A stretch of 63,925 nt of DNA, filler included, from Stramenopiles sp. TOSAG23-2 (GCA_900128395.1; 4 parts of 4 records of this genome joined end to end with filler, not necessarily neighbours in it), one strand, 5' to 3'. Positions 10,639 to 22,259 are shown, counted from the whole stretch's first letter. Translations and numbers: made by a program. The notes: a model not told the origin generated them from the letters alone.

Positions 10639-13600
10639 ATGGAAACAACTGAATTTGCAAATAAAAAAGATGAAGAAATTATTAATAATATTATGAAAGA
10701 TGATGAAGACAAGAATAACAATAACATAAACGATAGAATTCCAGAGGAAACTGATTTTTCAATGAAAATGACCACACATGAAGGTGGAAGCAATTCAATT
10801 TTAAAAGGTGAAACGAGTAAAGACTATCAAGAACGGAAAAATGAAAATAAACAAGCAAAAAATATGGTTGGAAATGAAGAAGAAGAAGAAGAAGAAGAAG
10901 AGGAAAATTCATATAGCGATCAAAAAATAAGCGATGAAGGTAAATCTGATAAAGAGGATGAAATGGAAGTAAATAGTAATAATAATAACAACAATAATAC
11001 CATAATAGATTTAGACGATGATTTAGATAAATTTGCACGTGTAGACGTTGCTGAAGATGATGATGATGACGATGATGGTGAAGATATCGTTGAAATGTTG
11101 ATAGAACAACATGGAATACAATCATCGAATCGTCCCATGCGTCCAACAAGTGCGCAACGAAATCGTACAGCAAATGTTAGAATCATGAGTGCTCCTAGAC
11201 ATCGTGCACAAACACCACCGGTACGCACAATATTAGAAGATGAAGTGGTTGATGATTCTATGAGTCGTCCCATGACAGCTCCTGGAAAAGTACCGATTAA
11301 TTTCAAATTTAATGATGCAAATGAAGATTTTGAAGTAGAAAGTCAACGAAGTGAATTTGAAGACGATTACCCTGACTCATCTACAAATAAAACAGAATTT
11401 AAAGAAGAGCGTGATGATGATGAAATTGACGAAGAAAATAAAAATAGAAGAATACGGACATCATTGACTGATTCGATGAATTGGCAACAAATGCAAGATT
11501 CTACAGGAAAACCATTTTTATATAATCCAGAAACTGGTATGAGGCGCCGTTTATTCGAGGAGGATAAGCCAACGATACATGTGGATGCTGATATGCTTCA
11601 AGAGGAACAAGAAATGCAACTTATGGATAATAGAGTTAGAACCCCATATACAGAATATTCTGATTTTGATAATGATAATCGAATGATGACTCCATATACA
11701 AATGATCAATATTCAGATGGAGAAGATGAAGAAGAAGAGGAGGATGGTAAGCGTCCACCATATAGATCTGATTTTTCATCGAATGAATCGGTGGAAGGAG
11801 ATCGTCGTCGTCATGATAATAATAATAACAATAATAATTTTCTTGCCCCATCTCCATTATTGCGAAGGGTAGATGATGGCGGCCAATTATATAGCAGAAG
11901 ATCGCCGAAAAAAGGTACATTAGCTAGAAATAGTAGTAAAAACCGTAGGGTTGAAGGATTTGATCAGATGGTAGGTAGTGGTTCCCGTGGCAATATGAAA
12001 AAAGATAATTTTTATGGTAAAGATGCAAACAAGTTCTACGCCCAAGGCCGTGGAAAATTAGAAGGGATAAACAATAATAATAATAGCGAGTCATTTCAAG
12101 CAGATAATCCAATGGTACATTCTGCTTCATTAAGGAAACGAAATAATAGACGAAATAATAATCGTGGATCACCATCATCGCGTTCGAGGCATAATTCAAA
12201 TGGTACAGCATTATATCTTCAACCAATACGTGTAGTAGTACATCGTGCAAATTCGCAAGGTGAAATTACTGATAAGAATCGCGGAACTGGTGGTCAAATG
12301 ATTGATGTGCCTATTAATAGATATAGAAAAGGAAAAATTAGCGAAGCTGCACGGAAAGAAGCATTTGAAGAATTCATATTTGATATTGCCATTCGTTTAC
12401 AAATGGCATCAAGGCAGGATCCATTAAAAATCCCAACTTCTCCAAGCCGAAGGCGTAGGGCGGATCGTATACGTTTAGATATTCAACGTTTAGAGGCAGA
12501 GGAACGACGTGGACAGTTTGTTGATACGTTGTATGTGGAGCAGCTAAGGAAAAAGTTACGATTAATGGAGGAAGCTGAACAAACTTTAAATTCAGGAGGA
12601 ATATTGAAGAAATTAGCAGATCAAGGTGGAGATGATAAAACTGTAAATCGACGAAAAGAGATGGAAAAGAAAAATAAAGATGATGATATGATGGATCCAT
12701 ATACACCAAGAGGCGATCCTGGTAGATTTACATTATGGCATGCAACATATCGTGCTCAAATATTAGATTTTGATTCTCTTAGAAATGGTGATGTATTGCT
12801 TTTGAAAGATAGAAATGATAAATCAAAAAATGACAGCTATTTAAATTCAAATAATATTGGTAAATTGAATGGCCCAAGTAGTAGTGTAGGAAGTTTAGGG
12901 AGAATAGAAGGTGGAGACACATCAAAAGCCATTTTAAGAGCTCGACAAAGTATGACATCAGATGGTGGTGGATCTGAACTAGGTGCTGATAGTAATGATA
13001 ATAGTAAAAGTTTAGCCCAAAGCTCAAAAGGCTCTCCATCACAAGGCACGATAAACTACAATGAAGATAAATTGCGCTTAAGGCGTTTAGGATTGAGTCA
13101 ACTTTTAACAGCAATTCGATCAAAGCGGTCGTTATTTGGCGTGCCTTTGATAGGTGCAAAAGCTGCATTTAAAGCAATGGATCGGCGTGGAGATGGTAGA
13201 ATTTCAATTAAAGATTTTGTCTCTGCATTACTTCGTCTAGATATTAAATTACCAAAACAATCCGTAGATGAATTAGCACGATTTGTTGGAGATGGGGAAG
13301 AAGTTCGCTATCCAGAATTTTTAACAGCACTTCGTGTTGCTGCTGGGGATGAGCTTGCATTTGCAGAAGAAGCCCCAAGTGAATATGGGGATGAAGATGA
13401 AGAAGGCGAGGAAAATAGTGCCGCTCGATTAAATAATATACCATCTAATAAACGCTTATTAAAACGGCATAGACGTAAGCGTAAAAATTACAAACCAAAT
13501 GCAGTAGATCGACGTCCAGATGAAGCATTGATATGGGATATAGAAGCATCGCCAGACGATCCGATGCCTATGTATATATTTTCCGAACGTTTAATTGCTA

Positions 13601-15834
13601 GAAAACAATATGAACGGGCAAATGATTATCTTGAAAGATCCTATGCTACGGCTCAACGTGCTGCACATCGTGCAGAACGCACGTTAAATTTAAAATGGAC
13701 TAAAAAACATATGGTTCAACTAGACATTATGTTACGTTTGGCAACTTTGAATGCATCTATGGAGCAATTCGATGCTGCAGAACAGATTTTACAAGAAGCT
13801 GTTGTATTTGCTATTGGCCATTATCGTGCAAAACCATTATCAAGTTATGCAAAATTAATGGAACGTTTACGCTTATTTGATAAAGCAGAGGAGGCATATT
13901 TAAGAGCATTAGCTTTAGATCCACAGGCTACGCCCGCATTGCTAGGCTATGCAAACTTATTAGTTGATATACGTTCTGATCATGGCACTGCTGAATCCTA
14001 TTACAAACGTGCGATACGATGTGCAAGATTAGATGTACATGATGCAGATGAACCTTTGGCACTTGCAAGAAGGCGAGTTACCGAAGTTTATCGAAGTTAT
14101 TCAATATTTTTAAGCACATTACGTGGCGACTATCATAAAGCATTAGATCTACTGGAGCAAGCATTGAAAGTGCAACCAGAAAAAAATGCACCAATACTCG
14201 TTGAGCTTGGTCGTGTGCACATAGCATTAGGTGATATGACTACAGAACATATTATACAATATTTTGAATCAGCATTGAAAATTGAACCAGGCTTCCCAGA
14301 TGCTATGTTAGAATTGGCTATGCTTTTGTCCTCGAGGAGTAAGGATCCAAGAGATCAAAGGCGTGCACTGGAACTTTTCGAAGCTGTATTAATGAAGGAT
14401 CCAAAAAATGGTGCAACTTTGCTAGCAATGGCACGGCATATGGACTTCGGAAATGCCGGCCCTCCAAATCAAATTGAAGAATTATATAATCGAGCAATCG
14501 CAGCAATTGATGGAGAGGCAAGGTTAAGTCGAGGTAAACCTGCGATTGCACCGTGGGAAGCTCGTTTATCGTTGGCAAGCTTTTTGGATTTTAAAAAGAG
14601 AGAGCCAAATCGAGCCTCTAAAATGTACGAAGAAGCAGTTAGATTAGCACCATACGAGCCTGAATGTTTATATGCATTGGCAATGTATCGCAAGAATCAT
14701 ATAAAGGATATTGATAGCGCAGAAGCGTTGTTACATAAAGGATTAGATTCAGATCCTATGCATACGAAATCATTAGTAGCACTTGGTGAATTATTATGGG
14801 GAGATAGGGGTGAAAACGAAGCTGCAGGATTAATGTTCAAACGTGCGGTAAACCTAGCTGGCCCAAATGATGCCGGGGCATTAAGATCCTATGCTTTATT
14901 CCAAGCTGCACGAAATAAAAATAAAAATGCTGCATCTCTATTTCGTAAAGCAGTCAAAGTTGATCCGTTCCATGGCCCAACACGAACTGCATATGCACTT
15001 GTATTAATGTATAAATTAAAAGATTACGAAGTTGCTGAACGACATTTATTAAAGGCAATTGAATTAGACCCTACTGAATCGGTTGAAGCATTACATCACC
15101 TTGGTCGATTATATGAAGAACAAGTTTTAGAGACATCTGGCGTTGTTGGTGATGGTGGATATGCTGGTAGAGAACGGTCATTGCGGTGTTATAGAAATGC
15201 CCTTGCAGCTGATCCTGATCATGTTCCTACTCTTATACGTATGGGATTATTATTGAAAGCTGTTGCATCTAAAGCACATCCATCTGATCGACAAGCTACG
15301 ATGGAACGAGCAAAAGAATGTTTATCTAGGGCAACCGCAGCAGCACCTGATAATTCCGATAGTAATTATGAATTTGGTGGATTTTTGCTTGAAATGAAAA
15401 ATTTAGGTGCCGCTCGTAGATATTTACAGCGTGCCATAGATATAGACCCATGCCATGTATTGGCATTGGATCAATTGGCACAATCATATATAGGGGAGCA
15501 TGATTTTATCAAAGCAGAAGAAATTTTCGTAAAGGCATTAGATGTCGATCCAGATGATGCACCATCAATGGGTGATTATGTACAATTATTAGAAAATATT
15601 CGTACTAGATGCTTTTCAGCGGAAGAAAGAGTATTACGAGATGACGATCCACAAGCTGCAAAGGCATTGGTGTTGTACCAACAATTAAGGCGATATTCCA
15701 CATTAAAAGCAATTTATGCAAGTCGCACAGAAGAATTAGGAGATTCTACGTGGTTGCGTCATAATAGAACATACCTGGCAGCATTTCGTAAACAATTTGA
15801 AAATAAAAATCATCATCCTGGCAGTCGAAAATGA
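10639..15834 (+). CDS. Large protein: acidic disordered N-terminus, WW-like domain, EF-hand, C-terminal TPR array
   Basis: WQQMQDSTGKPFLYNPETG (WW-like); FKAMDRRGDGRISIKDF (EF-hand); many TPR-like units such as AEEAYLRALALDP and ARRYLQRAIDIDP. Confidence 0.85.
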   Translation: METTEFANKKDEEIINNIMKDDEDKNNNNINDRIPEETDFSMKMTTHEGGSNSILKGETSKDYQERKNENKQAKNMVGNEEEEEEEEEENSYSDQKISDEGKSDKEDEMEVNSNNNNNNNTIIDLDDDLDKFARVDVAEDDDDDDDGEDIVEMLIEQHGIQSSNRPMRPTSAQRNRTANVRIMSAPRHRAQTPPVRTILEDEVVDDSMSRPMTAPGKVPINFKFNDANEDFEVESQRSEFEDDYPDSSTNKTEFKEERDDDEIDEENKNRRIRTSLTDSMNWQQMQDSTGKPFLYNPETGMRRRLFEEDKPTIHVDADMLQEEQEMQLMDNRVRTPYTEYSDFDNDNRMMTPYTNDQYSDGEDEEEEEDGKRPPYRSDFSSNESVEGDRRRHDNNNNNNNFLAPSPLLRRVDDGGQLYSRRSPKKGTLARNSSKNRRVEGFDQMVGSGSRGNMKKDNFYGKDANKFYAQGRGKLEGINNNNNSESFQADNPMVHSASLRKRNNRRNNNRGSPSSRSRHNSNGTALYLQPIRVVVHRANSQGEITDKNRGTGGQMIDVPINRYRKGKISEAARKEAFEEFIFDIAIRLQMASRQDPLKIPTSPSRRRRADRIRLDIQRLEAEERRGQFVDTLYVEQLRKKLRLMEEAEQTLNSGGILKKLADQGGDDKTVNRRKEMEKKNKDDDMMDPYTPRGDPGRFTLWHATYRAQILDFDSLRNGDVLLLKDRNDKSKNDSYLNSNNIGKLNGPSSSVGSLGRIEGGDTSKAILRARQSMTSDGGGSELGADSNDNSKSLAQSSKGSPSQGTINYNEDKLRLRRLGLSQLLTAIRSKRSLFGVPLIGAKAAFKAMDRRGDGRISIKDFVSALLRLDIKLPKQSVDELARFVGDGEEVRYPEFLTALRVAAGDELAFAEEAPSEYGDEDEEGEENSAARLNNIPSNKRLLKRHRRKRKNYKPNAVDRRPDEALIWDIEASPDDPMPMYIFSERLIARKQYERANDYLERSYATAQRAAHRAERTLNLKWTKKHMVQLDIMLRLATLNASMEQFDAAEQILQEAVVFAIGHYRAKPLSSYAKLMERLRLFDKAEEAYLRALALDPQATPALLGYANLLVDIRSDHGTAESYYKRAIRCARLDVHDADEPLALARRRVTEVYRSYSIFLSTLRGDYHKALDLLEQALKVQPEKNAPILVELGRVHIALGDMTTEHIIQYFESALKIEPGFPDAMLELAMLLSSRSKDPRDQRRALELFEAVLMKDPKNGATLLAMARHMDFGNAGPPNQIEELYNRAIAAIDGEARLSRGKPAIAPWEARLSLASFLDFKKREPNRASKMYEEAVRLAPYEPECLYALAMYRKNHIKDIDSAEALLHKGLDSDPMHTKSLVALGELLWGDRGENEAAGLMFKRAVNLAGPNDAGALRSYALFQAARNKNKNAASLFRKAVKVDPFHGPTRTAYALVLMYKLKDYEVAERHLLKAIELDPTESVEALHHLGRLYEEQVLETSGVVGDGGYAGRERSLRCYRNALAADPDHVPTLIRMGLLLKAVASKAHPSDRQATMERAKECLSRATAAAPDNSDSNYEFGGFLLEMKNLGAARRYLQRAIDIDPCHVLALDQLAQSYIGEHDFIKAEEIFVKALDVDPDDAPSMGDYVQLLENIRTRCFSAEERVLRDDDPQAAKALVLYQQLRRYSTLKAIYASRTEELGDSTWLRHNRTYLAAFRKQFENKNHHPGSRK

Positions 15835-16025
15835 GAGGGCCCAGAGGGAGAGAAAAGTGCAAAGTGAAAAAATTGAAGGCTAAGGCTACCTTGGTACTCC
15901 CAGTAAATTTTAAAAAGAGCTTTTTTTAAACACACTCTAACACTACGAACGTATATATACGTATTATATTATATATAATTTAATTTACGTATAAAATTTA
16001 ATTTTTTAACTTACTCACGCATGAT

Positions 16026-16141
16026 AATTCCTACTCTTCAAAAGAATACGAGCAATAACTGAGACAATAAAATATCTAATCTCAAATAAGAGAATTTTAA
16101 TATCTATCTCACACTAGATAGGGTGTTGATATTCTACGAAT
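16026..16141 (+). repeat. Dispersed conserved non-coding element, copy 2
   Basis: AATTCCTACTCT...AGAATA...CAATAACTGAGACAATAA...TATCTCACACTAG...AGGGTGTTGATATTCT. Confidence 0.75.
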
Positions 16142-16173
16142 ATATTATGCATATTAGAATATATATATATATC

Positions 16174-17163
16174 CTAATTCATTCTACGTTCAAAATTTGT
16201 TAATGTATTTTTCATAAGCATACATATTGTCATTGGACCAACACCACCTGGTACTGGAGTAATTTGCCCAGCAACTTCAAATGCTGCTGCATATTCTACA
16301 TCACCACACATACGACGTCCTGATTTTCTAGAAGGGTCATCTTTAAAATTAACACCAACATCGATCACACATGCACCAGGTTTGATCCAATCAGCTTTGA
16401 CAAATTCTGGTTGTCCAATAGCAGCAATAACAATATCTGCTTGCTTAACGATACCAGGTAAATCTTGTGTACGTGAATGACAACATGTTACAGTAGCATT
16501 TCTATGTAGCAACATTGTAGCAACTGGCAAACCAACAATATTGGAACGACCAACCACTACAACATTTGCACCACTTAACTCAACGCCTGCTCGATCGATT
16601 AATTCAACACAACCTAGTGGAGTACAAGGTGCGTTGCCCATAGCAAGTCCATCCCATGGTACACGATCTTGTCTACATTCTTCACCACTTCGTAGCAATG
16701 CACCGATATTTTGTGGATGAAATCCATCAACATCCTTTCCAGTCTCAATACATGCCAACACGCGTTTTTGATTTACATGTTCTGGCAATGGTAATTGTAC
16801 TAATATGCCGTCAACGTCTGGATTAGCATTTAGTTCAGAAACTTTTTGAACTAATAATTCTTCATCAACATCTTCTGGTAATACTGTTTCAAAAGATGCA
16901 ATACCAACTTCTTTTGCTGCCTTTTTTTTCATCGATACATATTTTGCACTATCAGGGCGATCACCAACAAGAACAACAGCTAAACCAGGCTGCTTGCCAT
17001 ATTTGCTGCTTAGCTCTGCAGTTGCCGCTGCAATCTCTGCACGTATTTCAGAAGCAACCGCATTTCCATCAATTTTAGTTGCTAAACCACGTTGTAAAAT
17101 ATTTTTTACATTATTATTATTTTTTAAATTTTTGATTAAATTGCGTGCAATCATAGATGCCAT
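16174..17163 (-). CDS. folD: Methylenetetrahydrofolate dehydrogenase/cyclohydrolase with probable mitochondrial presequence
   Basis: IDG...PGLAVVLVG, YVSMK, GILVQLPLP, KDVDGFHP, PCTPLG, GRSNIVGLP, IDVG, ITPVPGGVGPMT. Basic, acid-free N-terminal extension ending RGLA. Confidence 0.97.
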   Translation of the reverse strand: MASMIARNLIKNLKNNNNVKNILQRGLATKIDGNAVASEIRAEIAAATAELSSKYGKQPGLAVVLVGDRPDSAKYVSMKKKAAKEVGIASFETVLPEDVDEELLVQKVSELNANPDVDGILVQLPLPEHVNQKRVLACIETGKDVDGFHPQNIGALLRSGEECRQDRVPWDGLAMGNAPCTPLGCVELIDRAGVELSGANVVVVGRSNIVGLPVATMLLHRNATVTCCHSRTQDLPGIVKQADIVIAAIGQPEFVKADWIKPGACVIDVGVNFKDDPSRKSGRRMCGDVEYAAAFEVAGQITPVPGGVGPMTICMLMKNTLTNFERRMN

Positions 17164-17897
17164 CGTTGTATTAATATAATTTTGTTGTTGGTTGTTTATT
17201 GTGATATAAAGAAAAAGAAATGAATCCTATTATTTTTCCTACAACTAAATATATAGTACATAATATATATATACATTTAATCGGGCATATAGATAAGAAA
17301 AGATAATTTTTATTATTAGTTGTTTTTTAAGCTTAAACGACAAACGAGGAGGATTTTTTTTTTTTTTGGATCTTTTTTTTTACTTCAACTCAAAATATTA
17401 GCAGGTGCACAGGCAGGCCAAATTAAAGATCCATATTTTTAATTTTCCCCTTTTCTTCTTTTCGTTTCCCAACAAGACATTGTGGTTTGTGTTGCTTTAC
17501 AACAGATTATTTGAAATAAAAATGGCACAAATGTAGGATAAAAAAACTATTACATGAAAGGACATCAATATATTAAGTACAATACAAAATATCAAAATAC
17601 ATTCTATTTATATATTATTTCTTAGTATATGGAATTACATACCTACCAATATCTGTACATCAACACATTTTTTTTTTATTATTTATTGAAGAAGAAGATT
17701 TGCAACATTTGTGCATCATTTTTATATAAAGTTTTTAATATTTTAAATGATATAAAATAAGAGATAGCATTTAGAAATATATACATATATATAAACGAAC
17801 AACAACAATAATATATTTTTAGAATATTTTTCTTTTCATAAGATTATAATTTATTTCCAGATATCTATCTATATATATATATATATACAAAGCAACC

Positions 17898-19718
17898 ATG
17901 TTGTCACGTCAATTAATTTATAATGTAGCAAGAAAAACAAACGTATTTAAGTCAAAAATTAATACGTCACAAGTTGTATTTAGTAATTTAATACATACAA
18001 CTACATACAACAATGCGGAAACACCACATGGTTTATCAGATGAAGAGATTGCTGTTGCAAATTTAGGCAACATGCAACCAGTAGTTGATGTTGCAAAAAG
18101 ACGCTTTGATGTTGAAATTGGAGAAGATGATCTTGAAGTGTATGGACGTTACAAAGCTAAAATTCCTTTTAATTTTATAAAAAAGTTAGAAAAAGAAGAA
18201 GATGGTAAATTAATTCTTGTTACTGCCATGTCACCAACACGTTTTGGAGAGGGGAAAACATGTACTAGTGTTGGATTAGGCGATGGTTTATGCCAAATTG
18301 GCAAAAATGCAATGGTATCGTTGCGCGAGCCAAGTTTAGGGCCTGTCTTTGGTGTAAAAGGTGGTGCTGCTGGTGGTGGATATGCTCAAGTTGTTCCTAT
18401 GGCAGATATTAATTTACATTTCACTGGTGACTTACATGCTATTGGTGCAGCAAATAATTTATTAGCTGCCATGTTAGATAATCATATCTATTGGGCAAAA
18501 GAGCCATTAGTAGATGTTAGACGTATTGGTTGGAGACGTGTCGTTGATATGAATGACAGAGCTTTAAGAAACATTACCTGTGGATTAGGTGGACGTACGG
18601 ATGGTATTCCACGTCAAGATGGTTTTGATATTACAGTTGCCTCGGAGATTATGGCAATTTTTTGTTTAGCTACGGATATGGATGATTTAACTAGACGTCT
18701 TGGACAAATCGTAGTTGGTTATACACGTGCACGTAAACCTGTTACGTGTAAAGATTTAAATGCAGATGGTGCATTGGCTGCATTGTTACGCGATGCAATA
18801 CAGCCAAATCTAGTGCAAACGTTAGAAAATAATCCAGCTGTTATTCATGGTGGGCCATTTGCAAATATTGCACATGGTTGCAGTTCCGTCATTTCTACAA
18901 AAGCATCTTTAAAATTATGTGATTATGTAGTCACGGAAGGTGGTTTTGGCGCTGATTTAGGTGCTGAAAAATTTTTCAATATTAAATGTCGTAAATCTGG
19001 ATTATCCCCTGATTGCGTTGTTGTAGTAGCAACGGTACGTGCATTGAAATTACATGGTGGTGCAGATGAAAAAACATTATCAAAGGAAGAAAACGTCGAT
19101 GCAGTTCGTGGCGGAATGGTCAATTTGGAAAGACATATTGAAAATGTGAGAAAATTCGGTGTACCAATTGTTGTTGCTGTAAATCAATTTCCATTTGACA
19201 CAGATGCAGAGCTTGATGCAGTAGAGGAAGAATGTAAAAATTTGGGAGTAAAAGCTGTACGTTCAAATCATCATGGTCATGGCGGAGCAGGTGCTAAAGC
19301 ATTGGCAGAAGAAGTTGCAAATACATGCCAAACAGAAGAAAGTAATTTCAAAACACTTTATCCTGACGAAATGTCTTTGGAAGATAAAATTCGTACAGTT
19401 GCTACGGAAATGTATCGTGCAGACGATATAGCAATTGATGCAACTGCTGCTACTAAATTAAAACAATTTACTAAAGATGGATATGGACATTTTCCAATAT
19501 GCATGGCAAAGACGCAATATAGTTTTTCAGCAGATCCTAAAGCACTTGGCGCACCGAGTGGTCATATACTTCCAGTTCGTGATGTACGTTTAAGTGCTGG
19601 TGCAGAATTCATTGTTGCATTAACTGGTGATATTATGCAAATGCCTGGATTACCAAAAGTTCCAGCAGCTGAAAATGTTGGTGTTCATGAAGATGGCGCT
19701 ATTTACGGTTTGTTTTAA
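17898..19718 (+). CDS. fhs: Formate-tetrahydrofolate ligase (monofunctional, bacterial-like) with probable mitochondrial presequence
   Basis: GEGKT, LREPSLGP.FG.KGGAAGGGYAQVVPM, NLHFTGD, HGGPFANIAHG, GFGADLGAEKF, CMAKTQYS, MPGLP. About 40-aa basic, acid-free leader (MLSRQ...). Confidence 0.97.
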   Translation: MLSRQLIYNVARKTNVFKSKINTSQVVFSNLIHTTTYNNAETPHGLSDEEIAVANLGNMQPVVDVAKRRFDVEIGEDDLEVYGRYKAKIPFNFIKKLEKEEDGKLILVTAMSPTRFGEGKTCTSVGLGDGLCQIGKNAMVSLREPSLGPVFGVKGGAAGGGYAQVVPMADINLHFTGDLHAIGAANNLLAAMLDNHIYWAKEPLVDVRRIGWRRVVDMNDRALRNITCGLGGRTDGIPRQDGFDITVASEIMAIFCLATDMDDLTRRLGQIVVGYTRARKPVTCKDLNADGALAALLRDAIQPNLVQTLENNPAVIHGGPFANIAHGCSSVISTKASLKLCDYVVTEGGFGADLGAEKFFNIKCRKSGLSPDCVVVVATVRALKLHGGADEKTLSKEENVDAVRGGMVNLERHIENVRKFGVPIVVAVNQFPFDTDAELDAVEEECKNLGVKAVRSNHHGHGGAGAKALAEEVANTCQTEESNFKTLYPDEMSLEDKIRTVATEMYRADDIAIDATAATKLKQFTKDGYGHFPICMAKTQYSFSADPKALGAPSGHILPVRDVRLSAGAEFIVALTGDIMQMPGLPKVPAAENVGVHEDGAIYGLF

Positions 19719-20097
19719 AAAAAGAAAAAGAGGAAAGGAGGGGGGGGGGGGGGGGGACACACACACAGATATGTGCATTAGTCAAAGATATAGCATATCA
19801 TATAGAATATTTATATTAGGGCCATGATAGAAATGATGATTATAGTTGTATTACGCCAAGAGTACAAACGTTCGTACGTAATAGAGTAATAGAAGTGTTG
19901 TGTGTGTGTGTGTGTTAAAAAAATATTACATGTGTACACTTATATATATTTATAGACAGGCTGAGAGCTTAGACCTGCACTTTTGGCACTTTCCGTTTAC
20001 ATAGGTAATATTTTGTACTTTTAGTATATTAAAATTTAAAAAAATCAGTTTTTGGGAGAACTTTTTTTTCCAATTAAGTACACGTTTTTTCGTAGTC

Positions 20098-20197
20098 NNN
20101 NNNNNNNNNNNNNNNNNNNNNNNNNNNNNNNNNNNNNNNNNTTAATTAATTAANNNNNNNNNNNNNNNNNNNNNNNNNNNNNNNNNNNNNNNNNNNN
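20098..20197. other. Artificial contig linker
   Basis: 44 N + TTAATTAATTAA (stops in all six frames) + 44 N; identical to the other two linkers. Confidence 0.97.
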
Positions 20198-20259
20198 ATC
20201 AAGCCAACCAAGTAATATTATAATACAAACAATACAATGATTATAAACAAATATCACAT

Positions 20260-20670
20260 AATACAAACATTCGATGTTAGTTTGGATCAATTACAAATCA
20301 GCATGTAGAAGAGAAGATTATTGATTAANNNNNNNNNNNNNNNNNNNNNNNNNNNNNNNNNNNNNNNNNNNNNNNNNNNNNNNNNNNNNNNNNNNNNNNN
20401 NNNNNNNNNNNNNNNNNNNNNNNNNNNNNNNNNNNNNNNNNNNNNNNNNNNNNNNNNNNNNNNNNNNNNNNATAATACAAATATTCGATGTTAGTTTGGA
20501 TCAATTACAAATCACCATATAGAAGATATTATTGATTGATCAACACGATTTACAATTATTTACTTACACCCTAAATCATTTTGATCAAATCAATAACATA
20601 TCAAGCCGATGTTAGTTTGGATCAATTACAAATCAGCATATAGAAGATTGTTGTTTTACGATGTTAGTTG
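20260..20670. repeat. Degenerate tandem repeat (core CGATGTTAGTTTGGATCAATTACAAATCA), probably intronic, spanning an N gap
   Basis: Core at about 20272, 20486 and 20607, with a partial copy at 20659. Gap at 20329-20471. Lies downstream of the splice donor at 20759. Confidence 0.8.
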
Positions 20671-20759
20671 AGACCAATGGTATCAAAATGTAAACACCAT
20701 ATCTAGGTGAAGAGAACAAATGTTATCGATAATATTAGAAATGGACGAAATATGCTTAC

Positions 20760-21560
20760 CTCACCGTTCGTTAAAATCATATTTTCAATTGTCAATTCGT
20801 CGCCATTTCCCATTCTAAACAACGTCACACCTGTATTTGACCCTGGTACACCATCCCACCCCCCATCAATCGCCGGTTTCGCACCATTTGAATCTGCAAC
20901 ACCTGTAATTTTTAATGTACCAGAAACGGAAATCATAGTTGTTATTGAACAATTTGCAGTTTTCGTATATTCACCACTTGATCCAATATTACAGAGACTA
21001 TAACGTTGAACCAATCGCCGGCGCTTTACCACTTCATTCGAGGAACTTTGTATCAAACCTAAATCTACAAAATTCTTTGGTTTGCATTCTGGGTATCGAT
21101 CATAAAATGTTGAGCTGTTGACGCTTCCTCGCAAACTATTTGTATTGAAGTCGCTGTAAATGGTCATTTCAGTTACGTTTGCTACCCGCTTTAACTTCTC
21201 GTCGTCATAAATATGTCTTTTCTCAGTGCAGCTCTGCATTTTCCTGTCGGTGATAGTAGAAGCATTTACATGGTGACTGTCTATTTTTGTTAAACCAGTA
21301 ACCAAGTGTTTGCGCGTTGTGTCTGGTGGTAATTTATTCATGCGTTCTGTTGCTTCACTTTTTGTAAAAGCCTTACACTGCGGAAATAACTTGTCGAAAT
21401 TTGCATCATATACATGCCTCTCTTCTTTGCAGTCACTACCACAAACGGGATAAAACAAACGGAAGTTGTTATCATACCGCTCTTGATCTGCTAGACAATC
21501 ACCATGAGCAAAAGTAAAAAGAGCAAAGCACAATATCAAAAAGTAGAAATGGCGAGCCAT
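20760..21560 (-). CDS. First exon of a secreted/surface Cys-rich protein; continues beyond the contig end
   Basis: Signal peptide MARHFYFLILCFALFTFAHG from ATG 21560. Repeated ER(H)xYD...P.C units. Phase-0 donor GAG|GTAAGC at 20759. Confidence 0.7.
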
Positions 21561-21804
21561 AGTCAATTTTGTCAGTATCAATTGTATAAAATACAAAGTA
21601 TAGTCGATTGTGATGTTGAATATGTTTGTTTTAGAAGAATCGTTCGTTTCGTGGAAATCGTTGCTAGAATGTATCTTTTAGTAGAAGACTTGTTTGCTTT
21701 TTGGAGGAATAGAGGAGTCTAGGTACCAGAACTATTTTTTTAATTAATGAATAAATATATATTTTCACGACGTACAGGATTGAGAAAAAAAATAGTGGCG
21801 TGGT

Positions 21805-21945
21805 GCTGTCCAGCTGTCCTGGCTGTCCAGGCTGTGTAATCGTGTAATCTGTTCTGGCAATCTGGCAATCTGGCAATCCAGGCAATCCAGGCAATCCAGC
21901 AATCTGGCAATCTGGCAATTCAGGCAATCCTGGCCCGGCTGGCAA
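21805..21945. repeat. 8-9-bp tandem repeat (CTGGCAAT / CCAGGCAAT)
   Basis: Directly visible; a shorter version is at 22766-22810. Confidence 0.9.
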
Positions 21946-22259
21946 TAATCTTTTGTTGTTTTTTTTTTAAAAAAAAAAGGCTGGAAAATAACCACCAAAA
22001 ACCTCCCGCAATACTATCCCCCTGCTACGCTCCTGATCTTTTTAGGGCAGATACAGTACTATACCTGAAAGAAACTATTAAGGTTTTTGTATGGTTTGCC
22101 TATTATATAAAATATAAAATATAAATACTTTTGTACCTATCACTTTTACGTATACCTGGTATATCATACGAGGATAACACACTTTTAAATTAAAACAATA
22201 ATTCTCTCGTACGTCTCTTAATCTTATATATAATGTGAAATATCCACATGCGCTGTAAC

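Noticed and set aside
20142-20153. TTAATTAATTAA as a biological motif (PacI site or piggyBac TTAA)
   Set aside because: Centred in N runs identically three times; it is a synthetic linker.
20260-20670. CRISPR-like ~29-bp repeats
   Set aside because: Flanks are themselves partly repeated, spacing is irregular, there are no cas genes, and the context is a eukaryotic intron next to a gap.
21664-21998. ORFs with PGLPDCQIA / LDCLDC repeats
   Set aside because: Translations of the 8-9-bp tandem repeat; non-ATG starts.
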